From: a virus
Lineage: Duplodnaviria > Caudoviricetes
IMG/VR virus record: IMGVR_UViG_3300014208_000002
Coordinates: 96,001 to 160,000 of that record
Reading direction: 5' to 3' (one strand)
Length of the DNA stretch: 64,000 bases
In this document: piece after piece, positions 42,901-53,274 of the stretch
Layout: the number at the start of each line of letters is the position of its first letter
Numbering within the stretch: position 1 is the first letter of the stretch
Program-made: the position numbers and the translations under genes
Notes under the pieces: model-generated
Databases searched by the model: none
The model's input: the letters and a program-made list of their open reading frames with translations, nothing else
What the model was told of the DNA's origin: nothing

Positions 42901-45633
42901 ATGCGAGAGTTTAAGCTATCTGAATCATTTATTGAGGATTATAAGACAAAAACAGTAAATTGGGGGCCATTAGGGGAGTTTACCTATTTGAGGTGCGTAA
43001 CAGAGGAAACCCCTGTGCTATGTGCAGATTTTATTTGGCGTGAAGCAGGGAGTCTCAAAGAGGGTGATGAACTTATTGCTTTTGAAGAGGAAAGAACAAA
43101 AGGAAAAACCAGAAACTTATGTAAGGCTATTGTTACCAGTAATAAAATAGAAAAAGCAAAAGTAATGGGAATAGAATTAAAAAATGGAAAAATACTTTAT
43201 GCTACCCCTGAGCATCGCTGGCTTGTAAAAAAATCCCCTTCTTCTCATGCTATTGAATGGGTTTATACAAAAGATTTGGTTTCCCCTAATGATAGAACTC
43301 CAAAAGTAATGCCGATATGGAGCGAAACTTGGAAGGCTGATACCTCTTATGAGGCCGGATATTTAGCCGCCGCTTTTGATGGTGAAGGATGTTTAGATAA
43401 AACAACTGGAATTTGCTTTGTTCAATCAGAAAATGAAATGTTAATTAAAGTAGAGGAATATCTTAAAAAATTAAACATTGTATACTCAAAAAGTGAAAAG
43501 CCCTCTTATGTTTCCAAAACTTCCTTCAAAACAGGAAAAAAAATGTGGAAGTTATCAATCTATGGTAAAAGAAACTTAATGGAATTTATAGGAAAAATTC
43601 GTCCCCAAAGATTTATTAAGCTAATGCTTGATAATATCTTAAAAGATAAAGTTACTTTATTTCATACAGAATTTTCAGAAATTATAAAAGTATGGGATGC
43701 TGGTGAAAAAAATATAGCTGTTTTAAGCACTTCTTCAAAAACTCATATAACAGATGGTGTCCCAAGTCACAATACATATTCGAGGCGCATAGAAGAAGAA
43801 AATAGAAATGAAGCATGGTGGGAAACAGTAAAGAGAGTTGTAGAAGGAACTTTTAGTATTCAGAAAAGACATTGTGATAGCTTGAAGCTTTTTTGGAATA
43901 ACTCAAAAGCACAAAAATCCGCACAAACTATGTATGACAAGATTTTTAATTTTAAATTCCTTCCTCCTGGTCGTGGGCTGTGGATGATGGGTACAAAATT
44001 CGTAGAAGAGAAGGGAAGCGCCGCCTTAAATAATTGTGGATTTGTGTCTACAGAGGATATTGAAACTCGTGGCTCTTTTGCTTTTCAATGGACAATGGAT
44101 GCTTTAATGCTAGGGGTGGGTATCGGTTTCGACACAAAGGGCGCTGGAAAGCTAACAATTAAGCAACCTAAAGAAGATGGAGTTTTTATTATTCCTGATT
44201 CCCGAGAAGGATGGGTAGAGTCTTTATCATTGGTTTTAGATGGATTTTTTCATGGAAAACCTTTGCCTACTTTTGATTATTCACAAATTCGTAAGTATGG
44301 TGAACCAATAAAAGGTTTTGGTGGAGTAGCTTCTGGTCCAGGTCCATTACAAGATTTACACAATAGTTTGATTAAACTTCTTTCTTCTCGTATTGGAGAA
44401 AAATTAAAGTCTACAGATATTGTAGATATTATGGACATGATTGGGGTCTGTGTAGTGTCGGGCAATGTAAGGCGTTCGGCTTGTCTTGCTCTTGGAGACT
44501 ATGATGATACAGACTATGTTACAATGAAAGATTATAATCTTCATCCAGAGGAATTAAAAAGTCATCGTTGGGCATCCAACAATTCTGTTTTTGCTGAAGT
44601 TGGAAAAACAGACTATAAGAAATTTGTTAATTCTATTGCTTTGAATGGAGAACCGGGAATTGTTTGGTTAGAAAATATTCGCAAGTTTTCACGAACGATT
44701 GATTCTATTGATAATAAAGATTATCTCTCTGTTGGTGTAAATCCCTGCGCTGAACAATCACTTCATAATGCGGAGCTTTGCTGTTTGGTAGAAACTTTCC
44801 CCTCTCTTCATGACTCGTTTGAAGAGTATAAGGAAACAATTAAATATGCCTATCTTTATGCAAAGACAGTTACCCTTATTCCTACGCATTGGCCGGAGAC
44901 AAATGCGGTATTATTAAAAAATAGGCGAATTGGGCTATCTCAAACTGGAATTATTGAGGCGTTTGTAAAGCATGGAAGAAGAGATATGCTTGATTGGTGT
45001 AATAAATTATATGACTATGTTCAGTCTCTTGATAAAACTTATTCTGATTGGTTCTGTATTCCCCGTTCAATTAAAACTACAACGGTTAAACCCTCGGGCA
45101 CAACTGCTTTACTTCCTGGCGTAACACCGGGGATTCATTATCCGCACTCAGAGTTCTATATCCGAAGAGTAAGAGTAAATGCAAATAATCCTCTTGTAGA
45201 TATTATGATAAATGCAGGATATGAAGTAGAAGATGATGTTTACGGAAAAGTAGAACGAACGAAAGTAGTTAGCTTTCCTGTTAATGAGAAGTTTTTTGAT
45301 AAGTCAAAAAAAGATGCAAGTATTTGGGAGCAAGTAAAAAATGTTGTAGATTATCAAAGATTCTGGAGTGATAACTCTGTATCTGTTACCATTACTTTTA
45401 AGCAGGAAGAAGTAAGAGATATCGCAAAAGTTTTGGAAGCATATGAAGATTCTTTAAAAACAATTTCTTTTTTACCATTAAATGATTCTGGTTATGCACA
45501 AATGCCTTATGAAGAAATCACAAAGGAGAAGTACGAGGAAATGGTAAGTAAAATTACAAAGCCCGACTTTTCTTCTTTTACTCAAGCTCCTATAGGCTCA
45601 AAGTTTTGTGATAGCTCTTCTTGCGAAATATAA
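42901..45633 (+). CDS. nrdJ: Class II (B12-dependent) ribonucleotide reductase with intein
   Basis: TYSRR, PPGRGLW, NNC, VVSGNVRRSA, NPCAEQ, CCLVE, TVKPSG and C-terminal CDSSSC. Confidence 0.93.
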   Translation: MREFKLSESFIEDYKTKTVNWGPLGEFTYLRCVTEETPVLCADFIWREAGSLKEGDELIAFEEERTKGKTRNLCKAIVTSNKIEKAKVMGIELKNGKILYATPEHRWLVKKSPSSHAIEWVYTKDLVSPNDRTPKVMPIWSETWKADTSYEAGYLAAAFDGEGCLDKTTGICFVQSENEMLIKVEEYLKKLNIVYSKSEKPSYVSKTSFKTGKKMWKLSIYGKRNLMEFIGKIRPQRFIKLMLDNILKDKVTLFHTEFSEIIKVWDAGEKNIAVLSTSSKTHITDGVPSHNTYSRRIEEENRNEAWWETVKRVVEGTFSIQKRHCDSLKLFWNNSKAQKSAQTMYDKIFNFKFLPPGRGLWMMGTKFVEEKGSAALNNCGFVSTEDIETRGSFAFQWTMDALMLGVGIGFDTKGAGKLTIKQPKEDGVFIIPDSREGWVESLSLVLDGFFHGKPLPTFDYSQIRKYGEPIKGFGGVASGPGPLQDLHNSLIKLLSSRIGEKLKSTDIVDIMDMIGVCVVSGNVRRSACLALGDYDDTDYVTMKDYNLHPEELKSHRWASNNSVFAEVGKTDYKKFVNSIALNGEPGIVWLENIRKFSRTIDSIDNKDYLSVGVNPCAEQSLHNAELCCLVETFPSLHDSFEEYKETIKYAYLYAKTVTLIPTHWPETNAVLLKNRRIGLSQTGIIEAFVKHGRRDMLDWCNKLYDYVQSLDKTYSDWFCIPRSIKTTTVKPSGTTALLPGVTPGIHYPHSEFYIRRVRVNANNPLVDIMINAGYEVEDDVYGKVERTKVVSFPVNEKFFDKSKKDASIWEQVKNVVDYQRFWSDNSVSVTITFKQEEVRDIAKVLEAYEDSLKTISFLPLNDSGYAQMPYEEITKEKYEEMVSKITKPDFSSFTQAPIGSKFCDSSSCEI
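42994..43773 (+). mobile_element. Intein (260 aa) with LAGLIDADG-type domain in nrdJ
   Basis: C-VTEETPV start after YLR; TPEH block B; YLAAAFDGEG; SHN end followed by T of TYSR. Confidence 0.92.
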
Positions 45634-45651
45634 CCAATAAGGTATAAATAA

Positions 45652-45690
45652 AAAAATACCCGACAAGATTATCTCTTATCGGGTATACTG
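45652..45690. terminator. Hairpin between convergent genes
   Basis: ATACCCGA..TCGGGTAT stem flanked by an A-run. Confidence 0.55.
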
Positions 45691-45709
45691 CTTTGAAGAA
45701 GAGAAATTT

Positions 45710-45994
45710 CTAATCCTTCTCCTTCTTGGCCTTTGGGGGGACTTCCTTCACTGGGGCATCCAGAAAAGTTCCATCGACTTCATTCTTGAAGGCGGCGAAC
45801 TTTTCCTTCATGATCTGGTGGGCGTAGACGATGACTTCTTTCTTGCTGTCACCATTGGCGATCCTTCGCCTCTCTCCTGTGGTTCCATCCGTGTGAACGA
45901 CCTCCAGAGAAAGGATGTACTTCCCGAGCTTCCGCCCCCGCTTCACCACCTCGAAATCCGGGTTTTCTTCCATGTAGATCGTCTTCTGCACCAT
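45710..45994 (-). CDS. Small basic protein with GC-rich codons and its own promoter
   Basis: SD GGAGG-like AAGGAGG; TTGACT-17-TATATT at 46042-46070. Confidence 0.65.
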   Translation of the reverse strand: MVQKTIYMEENPDFEVVKRGRKLGKYILSLEVVHTDGTTGERRRIANGDSKKEVIVYAHQIMKEKFAAFKNEVDGTFLDAPVKEVPPKAKKEKD

Positions 45995-46176
45995 ATTATC
46001 CTCCTTGGATGTTTGGTAGCTCTTGATTCGTTCTAAACAAAAATATATACTAAAAACCTAAAATAGTCAATAGTTTTTATAAACTTTTTGCCCAAGCTAT
46101 CTTCTTTTATGATATATAAATACTAACTCTATATAGTATAAAGACTTATTTACTACAATAATTTATCTAAATTATC

Positions 46177-46205
46177 TTGACAAAATGTTTTCTTTCCATT
46201 AGTAT
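46177..46205 (+). promoter_or_regulatory. Sigma70-like promoter
   Basis: TTGACA-17 nt-TAGTAT. Confidence 0.6.
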
Positions 46206-46227
46206 AGAAAGTGAGAGGAGAAAAGAC

Positions 46228-46578
46228 ATGAAATGTAAACCGAGTGAGGAAATCACCCTTTACTTTGATGGTGAGACAGAGGATGAGGGGATAGAGCGCA
46301 CCTATACCGTAGAATATGATTACACATCTGAAACTCCCGATGTACCTTATCTCCGTAATGGTGATCCTGGGTATCCTGGTGATCCCGCCGAAGTAGAAAT
46401 AGAAGAAGTATATCTTGGTGGAGTAAAATTGACTCCTGAGCAATTAAAAGAGGAGTTTTGCTACGATGGAGTAAAAATGACACTTATTGATTGGCTTTAT
46501 GACTATGTTGAAAATAATTTTGAAGACTTCATTCCAGAAGATGATTGTGATGAGGATTACGATAGGGAGGAGTACTGA
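46228..46578 (+). CDS. Hypothetical acidic protein
   Basis: Start MKCKP after GAGGAG. Confidence 0.55.
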   Translation: MKCKPSEEITLYFDGETEDEGIERTYTVEYDYTSETPDVPYLRNGDPGYPGDPAEVEIEEVYLGGVKLTPEQLKEEFCYDGVKMTLIDWLYDYVENNFEDFIPEDDCDEDYDREEY

Positions 46579-46832
46579 AATGAAAATGGAACAGAAATAT
46601 ATTGCAGTTGATTTTCATCCAAAAGAAGTAGAAGCTATTATTGTTGAACATTGGGGAAGAAATCCTCAATTTTCTGACCCTGACAAACTTCGCACTTTGA
46701 CAAGGGTAGTTAATATTCTTCAAAAGTTATATTTTATGGAGGAAATTGATAAAGACAATTTCACCCTTGTGAGAGAGGCAATGTGTTTTTTTCATCATCA
46801 TGATGCAGTTGCGAATCTAAATCGTCTTCTTT

Positions 46833-47240
46833 TTGGGGGAGATAAATAATATGATCGTAAGCAATTATGAACATGGATATCATGACGAATTCGGAAGGAC
46901 TCATGTTCAAGTAAAAACTGATAGGGGTTATATGACCTTCAGCTATGATACTCTCATTCAGTATTATAAAGTAATGAAAAATAAATCGGAGTCTGTTGAA
47001 CATCCAGAACATCCTTATGTAGGATTATCCTATATAGGGACTAATGATAAAAAAATGACTGTTGAAAAAGTAATTCAGCATTTTGGTTTTGGGGACTATT
47101 GGGTAGTACTCGCCCATGATGAAAATAGAAGTAGTATTTGTTGGGTTCTTACAGAGTATGGAAATTCTTTTTATGAAAAAAGATTTCCTTTAGCTTCTGC
47201 GGCAGATTGGGAAAAGCAGTTGAAGGAGCAAGTGAAATGA
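46833..47240 (+). CDS. Hypothetical protein
   Basis: ORF in a small-gene run. Confidence 0.5.
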   Translation: MGEINNMIVSNYEHGYHDEFGRTHVQVKTDRGYMTFSYDTLIQYYKVMKNKSESVEHPEHPYVGLSYIGTNDKKMTVEKVIQHFGFGDYWVVLAHDENRSSICWVLTEYGNSFYEKRFPLASAADWEKQLKEQVK

Positions 47241-47665
47241 GTGATTTTATTTATGCCTATGTTCATACCGCTGAATCAATAGCTGAAAGTGCCGTTCAAG
47301 GAATTATTCGTTATAAAGAAGCTACCCTTGAATTTGAATTTCGTCTTGACCATACTTGCTATAATAAAGAAGGTGAAGATATTGGAAGAACTATTTATTG
47401 GAAAGTAAAATATATTTGTCGAGAAGGCGGGAGTTATGTTAAAGTTCTCTGGACCCCTTTCTCGTATAAAGACTATACTGAAGACTGGCAAGAAATAGCT
47501 GACCATGATTCTTGTTGGCGAGGATGTTGGAATGATATTTTGACCTATGCAAGGGAAGAGCTTATTGAAAAATATAATGCTATTGGAAATGAATCATGGT
47601 TTTTCAACTGTGAATATGTTAAAATGATAAAGGAAGAGGAACAAATAATGGAGGAAAAGATATGA
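47207..47665 (+). CDS. Hypothetical protein
   Basis: ORF in a small-gene run (likely start MSDF). Confidence 0.5.
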   Translation: MGKAVEGASEMSDFIYAYVHTAESIAESAVQGIIRYKEATLEFEFRLDHTCYNKEGEDIGRTIYWKVKYICREGGSYVKVLWTPFSYKDYTEDWQEIADHDSCWRGCWNDILTYAREELIEKYNAIGNESWFFNCEYVKMIKEEEQIMEEKI

Positions 47666-47895
47666 AGGCTTTTTTAAGGAAGTACTCTAGGGGTATTAGT
47701 GTCTATTCTGCTCTTTTTATATCTATACTTTTAGGGTGGCCTCTGCTTGGGACTGAAATTTTCTTTAAGGTCGTGCCTACTATTGTAGGACCATTGCCAG
47801 TATGCGTAGGTTTACTCATTGGTTTCCTACCTTTAATGATGCTTCTTCATCTCCTCATGTGGTGGGGAAGTAAAATAATGGATAGGAGTAATTGA
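47662..47895 (+). CDS. Small two-TM membrane protein
   Basis: Two hydrophobic segments. Confidence 0.5.
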   Translation: MKAFLRKYSRGISVYSALFISILLGWPLLGTEIFFKVVPTIVGPLPVCVGLLIGFLPLMMLLHLLMWWGSKIMDRSN

Positions 47896-48014
47896 AATGA
47901 CTTCATATGAAAAAGCCATTGAACACAATAATCATATAATAAAAAAGATTAAATCATTAAAGAGAGTCATTTAGCTTGGATTGAGGAATATAATGGATTG
48001 ATAGGAGAATCAAA

Positions 48015-48251
48015 ATGATAAGAGTAATAGTAGAAATAAATAAATGTAGTGACTGCCGCCACCAAGATAGCTCCGGGGGATTTACTCCTGGTGGTGCAAA
48101 ACCTGTATGTGATAATCCTCATACTATAGAGTTTTTTGTAAAAAAATATGGTGATAAGGACGGATTTGATTGGAAGTATAGAGTACTTCACGGTTGGAAT
48201 TGCGAACCACCTGAATGGTGTCCTTTGCGAATAGCTGGAGCAAAATATTAA
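48015..48251 (+). CDS. Small Cys-rich protein
   Basis: CSDC..C..PPEWCPL; SD AGGAG. Confidence 0.55.
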   Translation: MIRVIVEINKCSDCRHQDSSGGFTPGGAKPVCDNPHTIEFFVKKYGDKDGFDWKYRVLHGWNCEPPEWCPLRIAGAKY

Positions 48252-48257
48252 GGAAGG

Positions 48258-48671
48258 ATGAATATGACTAAACTTGAAAATGAATCCAGGCTGGCGATTA
48301 TAGTTTCATTAGAAATAATGAAGAGCTATGAAGGTACACTTGATGCTGTTTCCTCCCTTACCCCTATGATAGAGATAAGGAATAATCTTTATCGTACAAT
48401 GAACTTACTGGAACGAACCCTCCAAAAGCTTGATGAAGAAAAAAGAAAGTATGACATGGAATTGGCAGAAGCCAAAGAAAAAGAAGAAAAACTTAAAGCT
48501 ATGAAAGAAAAGATTGATTTTATCAATTCCGACCCCGATGCTATAAAGTTTTATAATCAGGGAATTCCCCCTACTTATTCAACAGGTATAAATGACTGTC
48601 TTACCTGTGGATATGGAAAACTGGATGAATGGGGTTTTTGGGAGTTTCCTTTAATTCTTATCAAGGAATAA
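48258..48671 (+). CDS. Hypothetical coiled-coil protein
   Basis: 137-aa ORF. Confidence 0.55.
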   Translation: MNMTKLENESRLAIIVSLEIMKSYEGTLDAVSSLTPMIEIRNNLYRTMNLLERTLQKLDEEKRKYDMELAEAKEKEEKLKAMKEKIDFINSDPDAIKFYNQGIPPTYSTGINDCLTCGYGKLDEWGFWEFPLILIKE

Positions 48672-48689
48672 ATTATTTACTAATATAAA

Positions 48690-49382
48690 ATGGAAGTATA
48701 TGGTGTTATTTATAAAACCACAAACATAATAAATGATAAAACTTATGTTGGTCAGACTACTAAAAAAGGAATTAAACTTGAAAGATATCTAGGAAGCGGA
48801 ACTTATTTAAATTATGCTATAGAAAAATATGGAAAAGAAAATTTTGAGAAAGAGATTCTTTGTGAATGTTTTTCAAGAGAACAGCTTAATAGAATAGAGC
48901 GACTTTTTATAAAATTATTACTCCCTGATTATAATATAGCTGATGGGGGGTATGGAGGGAATCTTGGAGAGGAAATAAATAAAAAAATAAGTGTTGCATT
49001 AAAAGGAAGACATATACCTGATATGACAAAAAGAAAAATGAGTGAATCCCAGAAAGGGAGAAAACAGACTAACGAAACTAGATATAAAATTGGTGAAGCA
49101 AGTAAAAGAAGACAAAATACTGATGAAGCCAAACAAAAAATGAGTAAAAGATTAAAGGGAAATAAATATAATTTAGGACATAATCACACTGATGAAGCAA
49201 AGAAAAAAATGAGTGAAGCGAAAAAAGTAAAGGTTATTTGTGTTGAAACTCAAGAAAGATTTGATTCTATAAAAGAAGCTTCTGAAAAATATAATATAAA
49301 TAGATCCCATATAGGATCTTGCTGTAAAGGAAAAAGAAAATCTGCTGGAAAGCTACATTGGCAATACAGAAAAAGGAAGTAA
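48690..49382 (+). CDS. GIY-YIG homing endonuclease with NUMOD3/NUMOD1 repeats
   Basis: GVIYKTTN..TYVGQT..YLGSG; HTDEAKKKMSEA; FDSIKEAS. Confidence 0.9.
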   Translation: MEVYGVIYKTTNIINDKTYVGQTTKKGIKLERYLGSGTYLNYAIEKYGKENFEKEILCECFSREQLNRIERLFIKLLLPDYNIADGGYGGNLGEEINKKISVALKGRHIPDMTKRKMSESQKGRKQTNETRYKIGEASKRRQNTDEAKQKMSKRLKGNKYNLGHNHTDEAKKKMSEAKKVKVICVETQERFDSIKEASEKYNINRSHIGSCCKGKRKSAGKLHWQYRKRK

Positions 49383-49410
49383 TATAGAATAATTTCTCTA
49401 CTAATATAAC

Positions 49411-49611
49411 ATGTATATTTTAAAAGAAGATTCAAACGGTATAGAAACCGTCAAAATTGGTGATGCAATTCTCGCAGGAAAATTTAAAAATAAAAGGTGT
49501 GTTGTTTCTGGTTTTGAATACGACGATAAGGGACAACCTCGTGTAATAACTGATAAGGGAAAGTTTAACCTTTACTCATTCCGATTAGAGAGGTTAATGC
49601 CGGAAAAATAA
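49411..49611 (+). CDS. Small late protein
   Basis: TACTAATA immediately upstream; KIGDAILAGKFKNK. Confidence 0.55.
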   Translation: MYILKEDSNGIETVKIGDAILAGKFKNKRCVVSGFEYDDKGQPRVITDKGKFNLYSFRLERLMPEK

Positions 49612-49612
49612 A

Positions 49613-51655
49613 ATGAATATAAAAACTGAAAATGACAAAAGTTTAATTATAGATGCCCTTGAAGGCGATGAATCTATTTTTCTTCGGGATGATTTTAAAG
49701 GAATAACTGGAGAAGAAGTTCGTTCAGCAGTAAGAGCGATTGTAAATAACCCCAGTCTCAATGAATCACAAAAAAACTATTTTCTTAAAAACTCGTGGAG
49801 GATATTATACTCTTCCCGTCCTCCATCCATAGAGGAATTTCTTACTCCTGAATGGATAGGTCCGACCGCTAATACTATTTTCCCCCACATAAGAAAAATT
49901 CTAACAGAGTTTTTTAATCCCTTTTCTGATAAGCGGCACTTAATTCTTGCAACAGGAATTGGAACCGGAAAGTCTTTCGCTACAGCAATTGCTTCCTTGT
50001 ACATCCTCACAAATGTAATTTTAATGAAAAACGCCAAGCAATTTTTTAATCTATCTCAGGCCGCAAGTATCGTAGGTCTGTTCGTTTCATTCTCTATGAA
50101 AAAAGCAAAGCAATTACTCGCCGCCCCTTTTCATCAGATTCTTACTTCCTCTCCAAAATTCGTCCGAGTGAAAATGCAAGAGCGCATTGAACCAAAACAA
50201 AAAGAAATTGGATATGATAAAATTGTTTGGTCATCTGCTTCTAAGATGGAAGGTATTGCAGAATTTTCAAATGATGTTCACTTACTTTTAGCCTCTGACC
50301 CTGCCAACCTATTAGGATTAAACTTACTTTTTTGTGCTATGTCAGAACTATCATTCTTTATTGATCGTGGTGTAAATCCTGAAGAAATATGGCGAATTTA
50401 TAATGATGCAAAAGGTCGTATATTCTCTCGTTTCTCAAATCGTTATTTTGCTACTACTATTATGGATAGCTCCCCTAACGATATTGACCTCCCTATTGAT
50501 AAGTATGTTTTCACCGGTGAAGCATATAAAGACCCTCTAAACTATATAGTTACTGGTCCTCATTGGGATTATCTTCCAAAAAAGTATGAAATATGGAATA
50601 AAACGAAAGAGACTTTTCCTATATTTAGGGGAAACTCAATGAAGTTACCCAAAATTTTATCAGAAGATGAACTTCCTAACTATTCTCCAGAAGATATTAT
50701 TCAAGTCCCAATAGATGTAAAAAGTTTATTTGTAAATGATATACAAAAATCTACAAAAGACTATGCTGGCTGGCCCGCTGGTGGAAATAATAAATTGATT
50801 GAAGAACCAGCTATTATTGAAGAAATGTTTGTGGATAATCTAATCAATATTGAAACTTATATTTTTGCTCCCGCTGATAAATCTCCAGAAAGACTTATTT
50901 GGGACCAGATAAAAGACATATTCTTTGTTTTGATTGACAAGAAATACTATTTTTATCGCTATTCTAATCTTCCTCGCTATCTTCATTTTGACTTATCTGA
51001 AACTGGAGACTTGACAGCGGTAAGTGCTTGTCATCTTGAATGTCTTCGTGGAGAAAATATTGTTGTTGTAGATTTTACAATTGTTATTTCTCCTGGAAAA
51101 GGGAGAATAAATTTAGATGCAATTTATGAATTCGTTCTTGATCTTACAAGGGAAGGACATTTGAATATAGCAAAAGTAACAGGCGACCGATATCAATCCT
51201 CTGCTCTTATTCAGAGACTAAAGAGAGATGGATATGAATCAGAAAATGTTTCTGTTGATATGGACACCGCTCCTTACTATATGCTTGCCAGCTTTATTAA
51301 AACAAAAAGAATTAAAGTAGGGAGAAATCTTATTCTTCGTGGAAATCTTCGTTCTTTAATTGAAACAAAAACTGAAAAAGGAAAAAAGAAAATAGATCAC
51401 ATGCTTGGCCCTGTTTCTTATGATTTATCTAATATAAACTGGAATACAAGTATCTTGGGAGTCAATGGAAAGGACTGTTCAGATGCAGTTTGTGGCGCAT
51501 TTTTTACTTGCATGAATGAGTCTCAGGGTGTACCATCAGCAGTATGGGACGAAGCCACTGAACGCACTGTAGGAAATAAGCGTCTTGGAAAAGAACTTAT
51601 GTTAAATAAGATAAAAAATGTTTATGGGTTGAATGTAATGAAAGTTAGTGGTTGA
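49613..51655 (+). CDS. terL: Terminase large subunit
   Basis: ATGIGTGKS Walker A, FCAMSE Walker B-like, MDSSP, LHFDLS nuclease motif, GDRYQS and GKDCSDA. Confidence 0.85.
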   Translation: MNIKTENDKSLIIDALEGDESIFLRDDFKGITGEEVRSAVRAIVNNPSLNESQKNYFLKNSWRILYSSRPPSIEEFLTPEWIGPTANTIFPHIRKILTEFFNPFSDKRHLILATGIGTGKSFATAIASLYILTNVILMKNAKQFFNLSQAASIVGLFVSFSMKKAKQLLAAPFHQILTSSPKFVRVKMQERIEPKQKEIGYDKIVWSSASKMEGIAEFSNDVHLLLASDPANLLGLNLLFCAMSELSFFIDRGVNPEEIWRIYNDAKGRIFSRFSNRYFATTIMDSSPNDIDLPIDKYVFTGEAYKDPLNYIVTGPHWDYLPKKYEIWNKTKETFPIFRGNSMKLPKILSEDELPNYSPEDIIQVPIDVKSLFVNDIQKSTKDYAGWPAGGNNKLIEEPAIIEEMFVDNLINIETYIFAPADKSPERLIWDQIKDIFFVLIDKKYYFYRYSNLPRYLHFDLSETGDLTAVSACHLECLRGENIVVVDFTIVISPGKGRINLDAIYEFVLDLTREGHLNIAKVTGDRYQSSALIQRLKRDGYESENVSVDMDTAPYYMLASFIKTKRIKVGRNLILRGNLRSLIETKTEKGKKKIDHMLGPVSYDLSNINWNTSILGVNGKDCSDAVCGAFFTCMNESQGVPSAVWDEATERTVGNKRLGKELMLNKIKNVYGLNVMKVSG

Positions 51656-51873
51656 ACTTTTAAGAGTTTTCAGGTATAATTATATACACAAGGAGAAAAT
51701 AAGGTGATCCGAGACGAAGAATATGATGGTTTTTATGCGGCAGAAAAGTTTAATCTTTCCAGCAACACATTTAATAATTTGTTGGATGAATTAGATGAAA
51801 AAAAAGATTTAGAAGAGGTTAAAGAAGACCTAAACTCTTCTGATATAGAGATTTACACCTACGAGGTAAAATA

Positions 51874-52479
51874 ATGCCCTATTGGATTAAAAACATTCCA
51901 TACTGCTTGAAAATGTTTTTTCAAAAACTATTTCGAGCTAACCATATATCTGATAATGAAATATGGAGTATGTATTCTTATATTGTTAAAAATACTCTTC
52001 CCCGTCTTCAAGCTTTTAAGAAAGCTAAAAGAGTAAGTTTTCAAGTTACCAGTGAAAATTATGATTATGCTGGAGCCTATGAAGAGGAGCGACAAAAATT
52101 AGAAATTCAAAGGTGGGAAACTGTTTTAGAAAAAATACTTTTTGCTTTTGAGTTTACTTATCAGGAAAACTTTTCTGGTAGAAAAGCTAAAAGAATAGAA
52201 AAGAAAATAAAAGAAAAGTATGGTGATTGGGATGCTAAAACCCCCGATAATAAAAGTTATCATTTTTGGAAAAGAAAAAATAATGAAATGTCAGAGTTAG
52301 TTTCTTCTCCTATTGAGCTTTCTAAAGAAGATATAGCAAGATATTCTAAAGAATATGGAAAAGATTGGGCGGAAAAAAATTGTTTCTATTATAATGTAGA
52401 GCTTCATAGCTCTTTACACACTATGGCTAATGAAGGTTTTGAGTTGTTTGGTAAATATTTTCAAGGGCTATGGGATTAG
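51874..52479 (+). CDS. Conserved phage hypothetical protein
   Basis: ..GFELFGKYFQGLWD C-terminus typical of a phage family. Confidence 0.6.
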   Translation: MPYWIKNIPYCLKMFFQKLFRANHISDNEIWSMYSYIVKNTLPRLQAFKKAKRVSFQVTSENYDYAGAYEEERQKLEIQRWETVLEKILFAFEFTYQENFSGRKAKRIEKKIKEKYGDWDAKTPDNKSYHFWKRKNNEMSELVSSPIELSKEDIARYSKEYGKDWAEKNCFYYNVELHSSLHTMANEGFELFGKYFQGLWD

Positions 52480-52482
52480 TTT

Positions 52483-52716
52483 GTGGAGCAAGAAATTTGT
52501 AGTACTCTAAACACCCTTTTTCCTCCTAATCGGGCACTCATTCGGATAGAAAAAGATAATCGTAAATTATATTTAAACGGATACTATACTAATATAGAAT
52601 GGTGTGATCCAAGAGTAATGGACCCTAATACTCCAGAAAATGAAGCCAGAGATATTTTAATTAAGATGATTGTGCGCTTACTTACTCCAAATATGACTAC
52701 TGAAAAAGGAACTTAA
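52483..52716 (+). CDS. Hypothetical protein
   Basis: 77-aa ORF. Confidence 0.45.
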   Translation: MEQEICSTLNTLFPPNRALIRIEKDNRKLYLNGYYTNIEWCDPRVMDPNTPENEARDILIKMIVRLLTPNMTTEKGT

Positions 52717-52739
52717 ATGATTTATTAAAAGGTTGTATT

Positions 52740-53171
52740 ATGGAAGAAATTAAAAACGAAATAGTTAGTAGTCAAAAAATAAAAATAGGCTATCAAGAGT
52801 ATACCATAGAACACCGACTTAATAAAATTATGGAAGGTAAGGATGAGTGTGAAGGCTTATATATTCCTATGGAGGCAAAGATTTTAATTGCTAGTTCTTT
52901 AGTTGGTGACGAAAAAGTTCAAACAATATTTCATGAAATTCTTCATGCCATGTCAGCAATATATCATATTGATTTATCAGAAAGACAAGTAGACCAAATA
53001 GCAACAGCTTTTGTAATTATGATGAGAGATAATCCTAATTTTTTAGAAAAATTATTCTCTCAAGGAGGATTAGATGGAAGAGAACACAGCACAGGACAAT
53101 CTAAAGCTAAACGAAAAAGTAGTAACTCAGGAAGAGTTCAACGCCCGAAAGGAACTGTTGGAAAAAAATAA
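52740..53171 (+). CDS. HExxH metallopeptidase-like protein
   Basis: TIFHEILHAM..ERQVDQIA. Confidence 0.6.
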   Translation: MEEIKNEIVSSQKIKIGYQEYTIEHRLNKIMEGKDECEGLYIPMEAKILIASSLVGDEKVQTIFHEILHAMSAIYHIDLSERQVDQIATAFVIMMRDNPNFLEKLFSQGGLDGREHSTGQSKAKRKSSNSGRVQRPKGTVGKK

Positions 53172-53274
53172 AGGGGTTACTGTTGTTGAAGTAAAGCCCG
53201 GAGAGTTCAAGTCTCGCCTTCAAGATTGATACTTTACCCTTTTCTTGTTATACTATAAGGGAGAGAGGATATAA

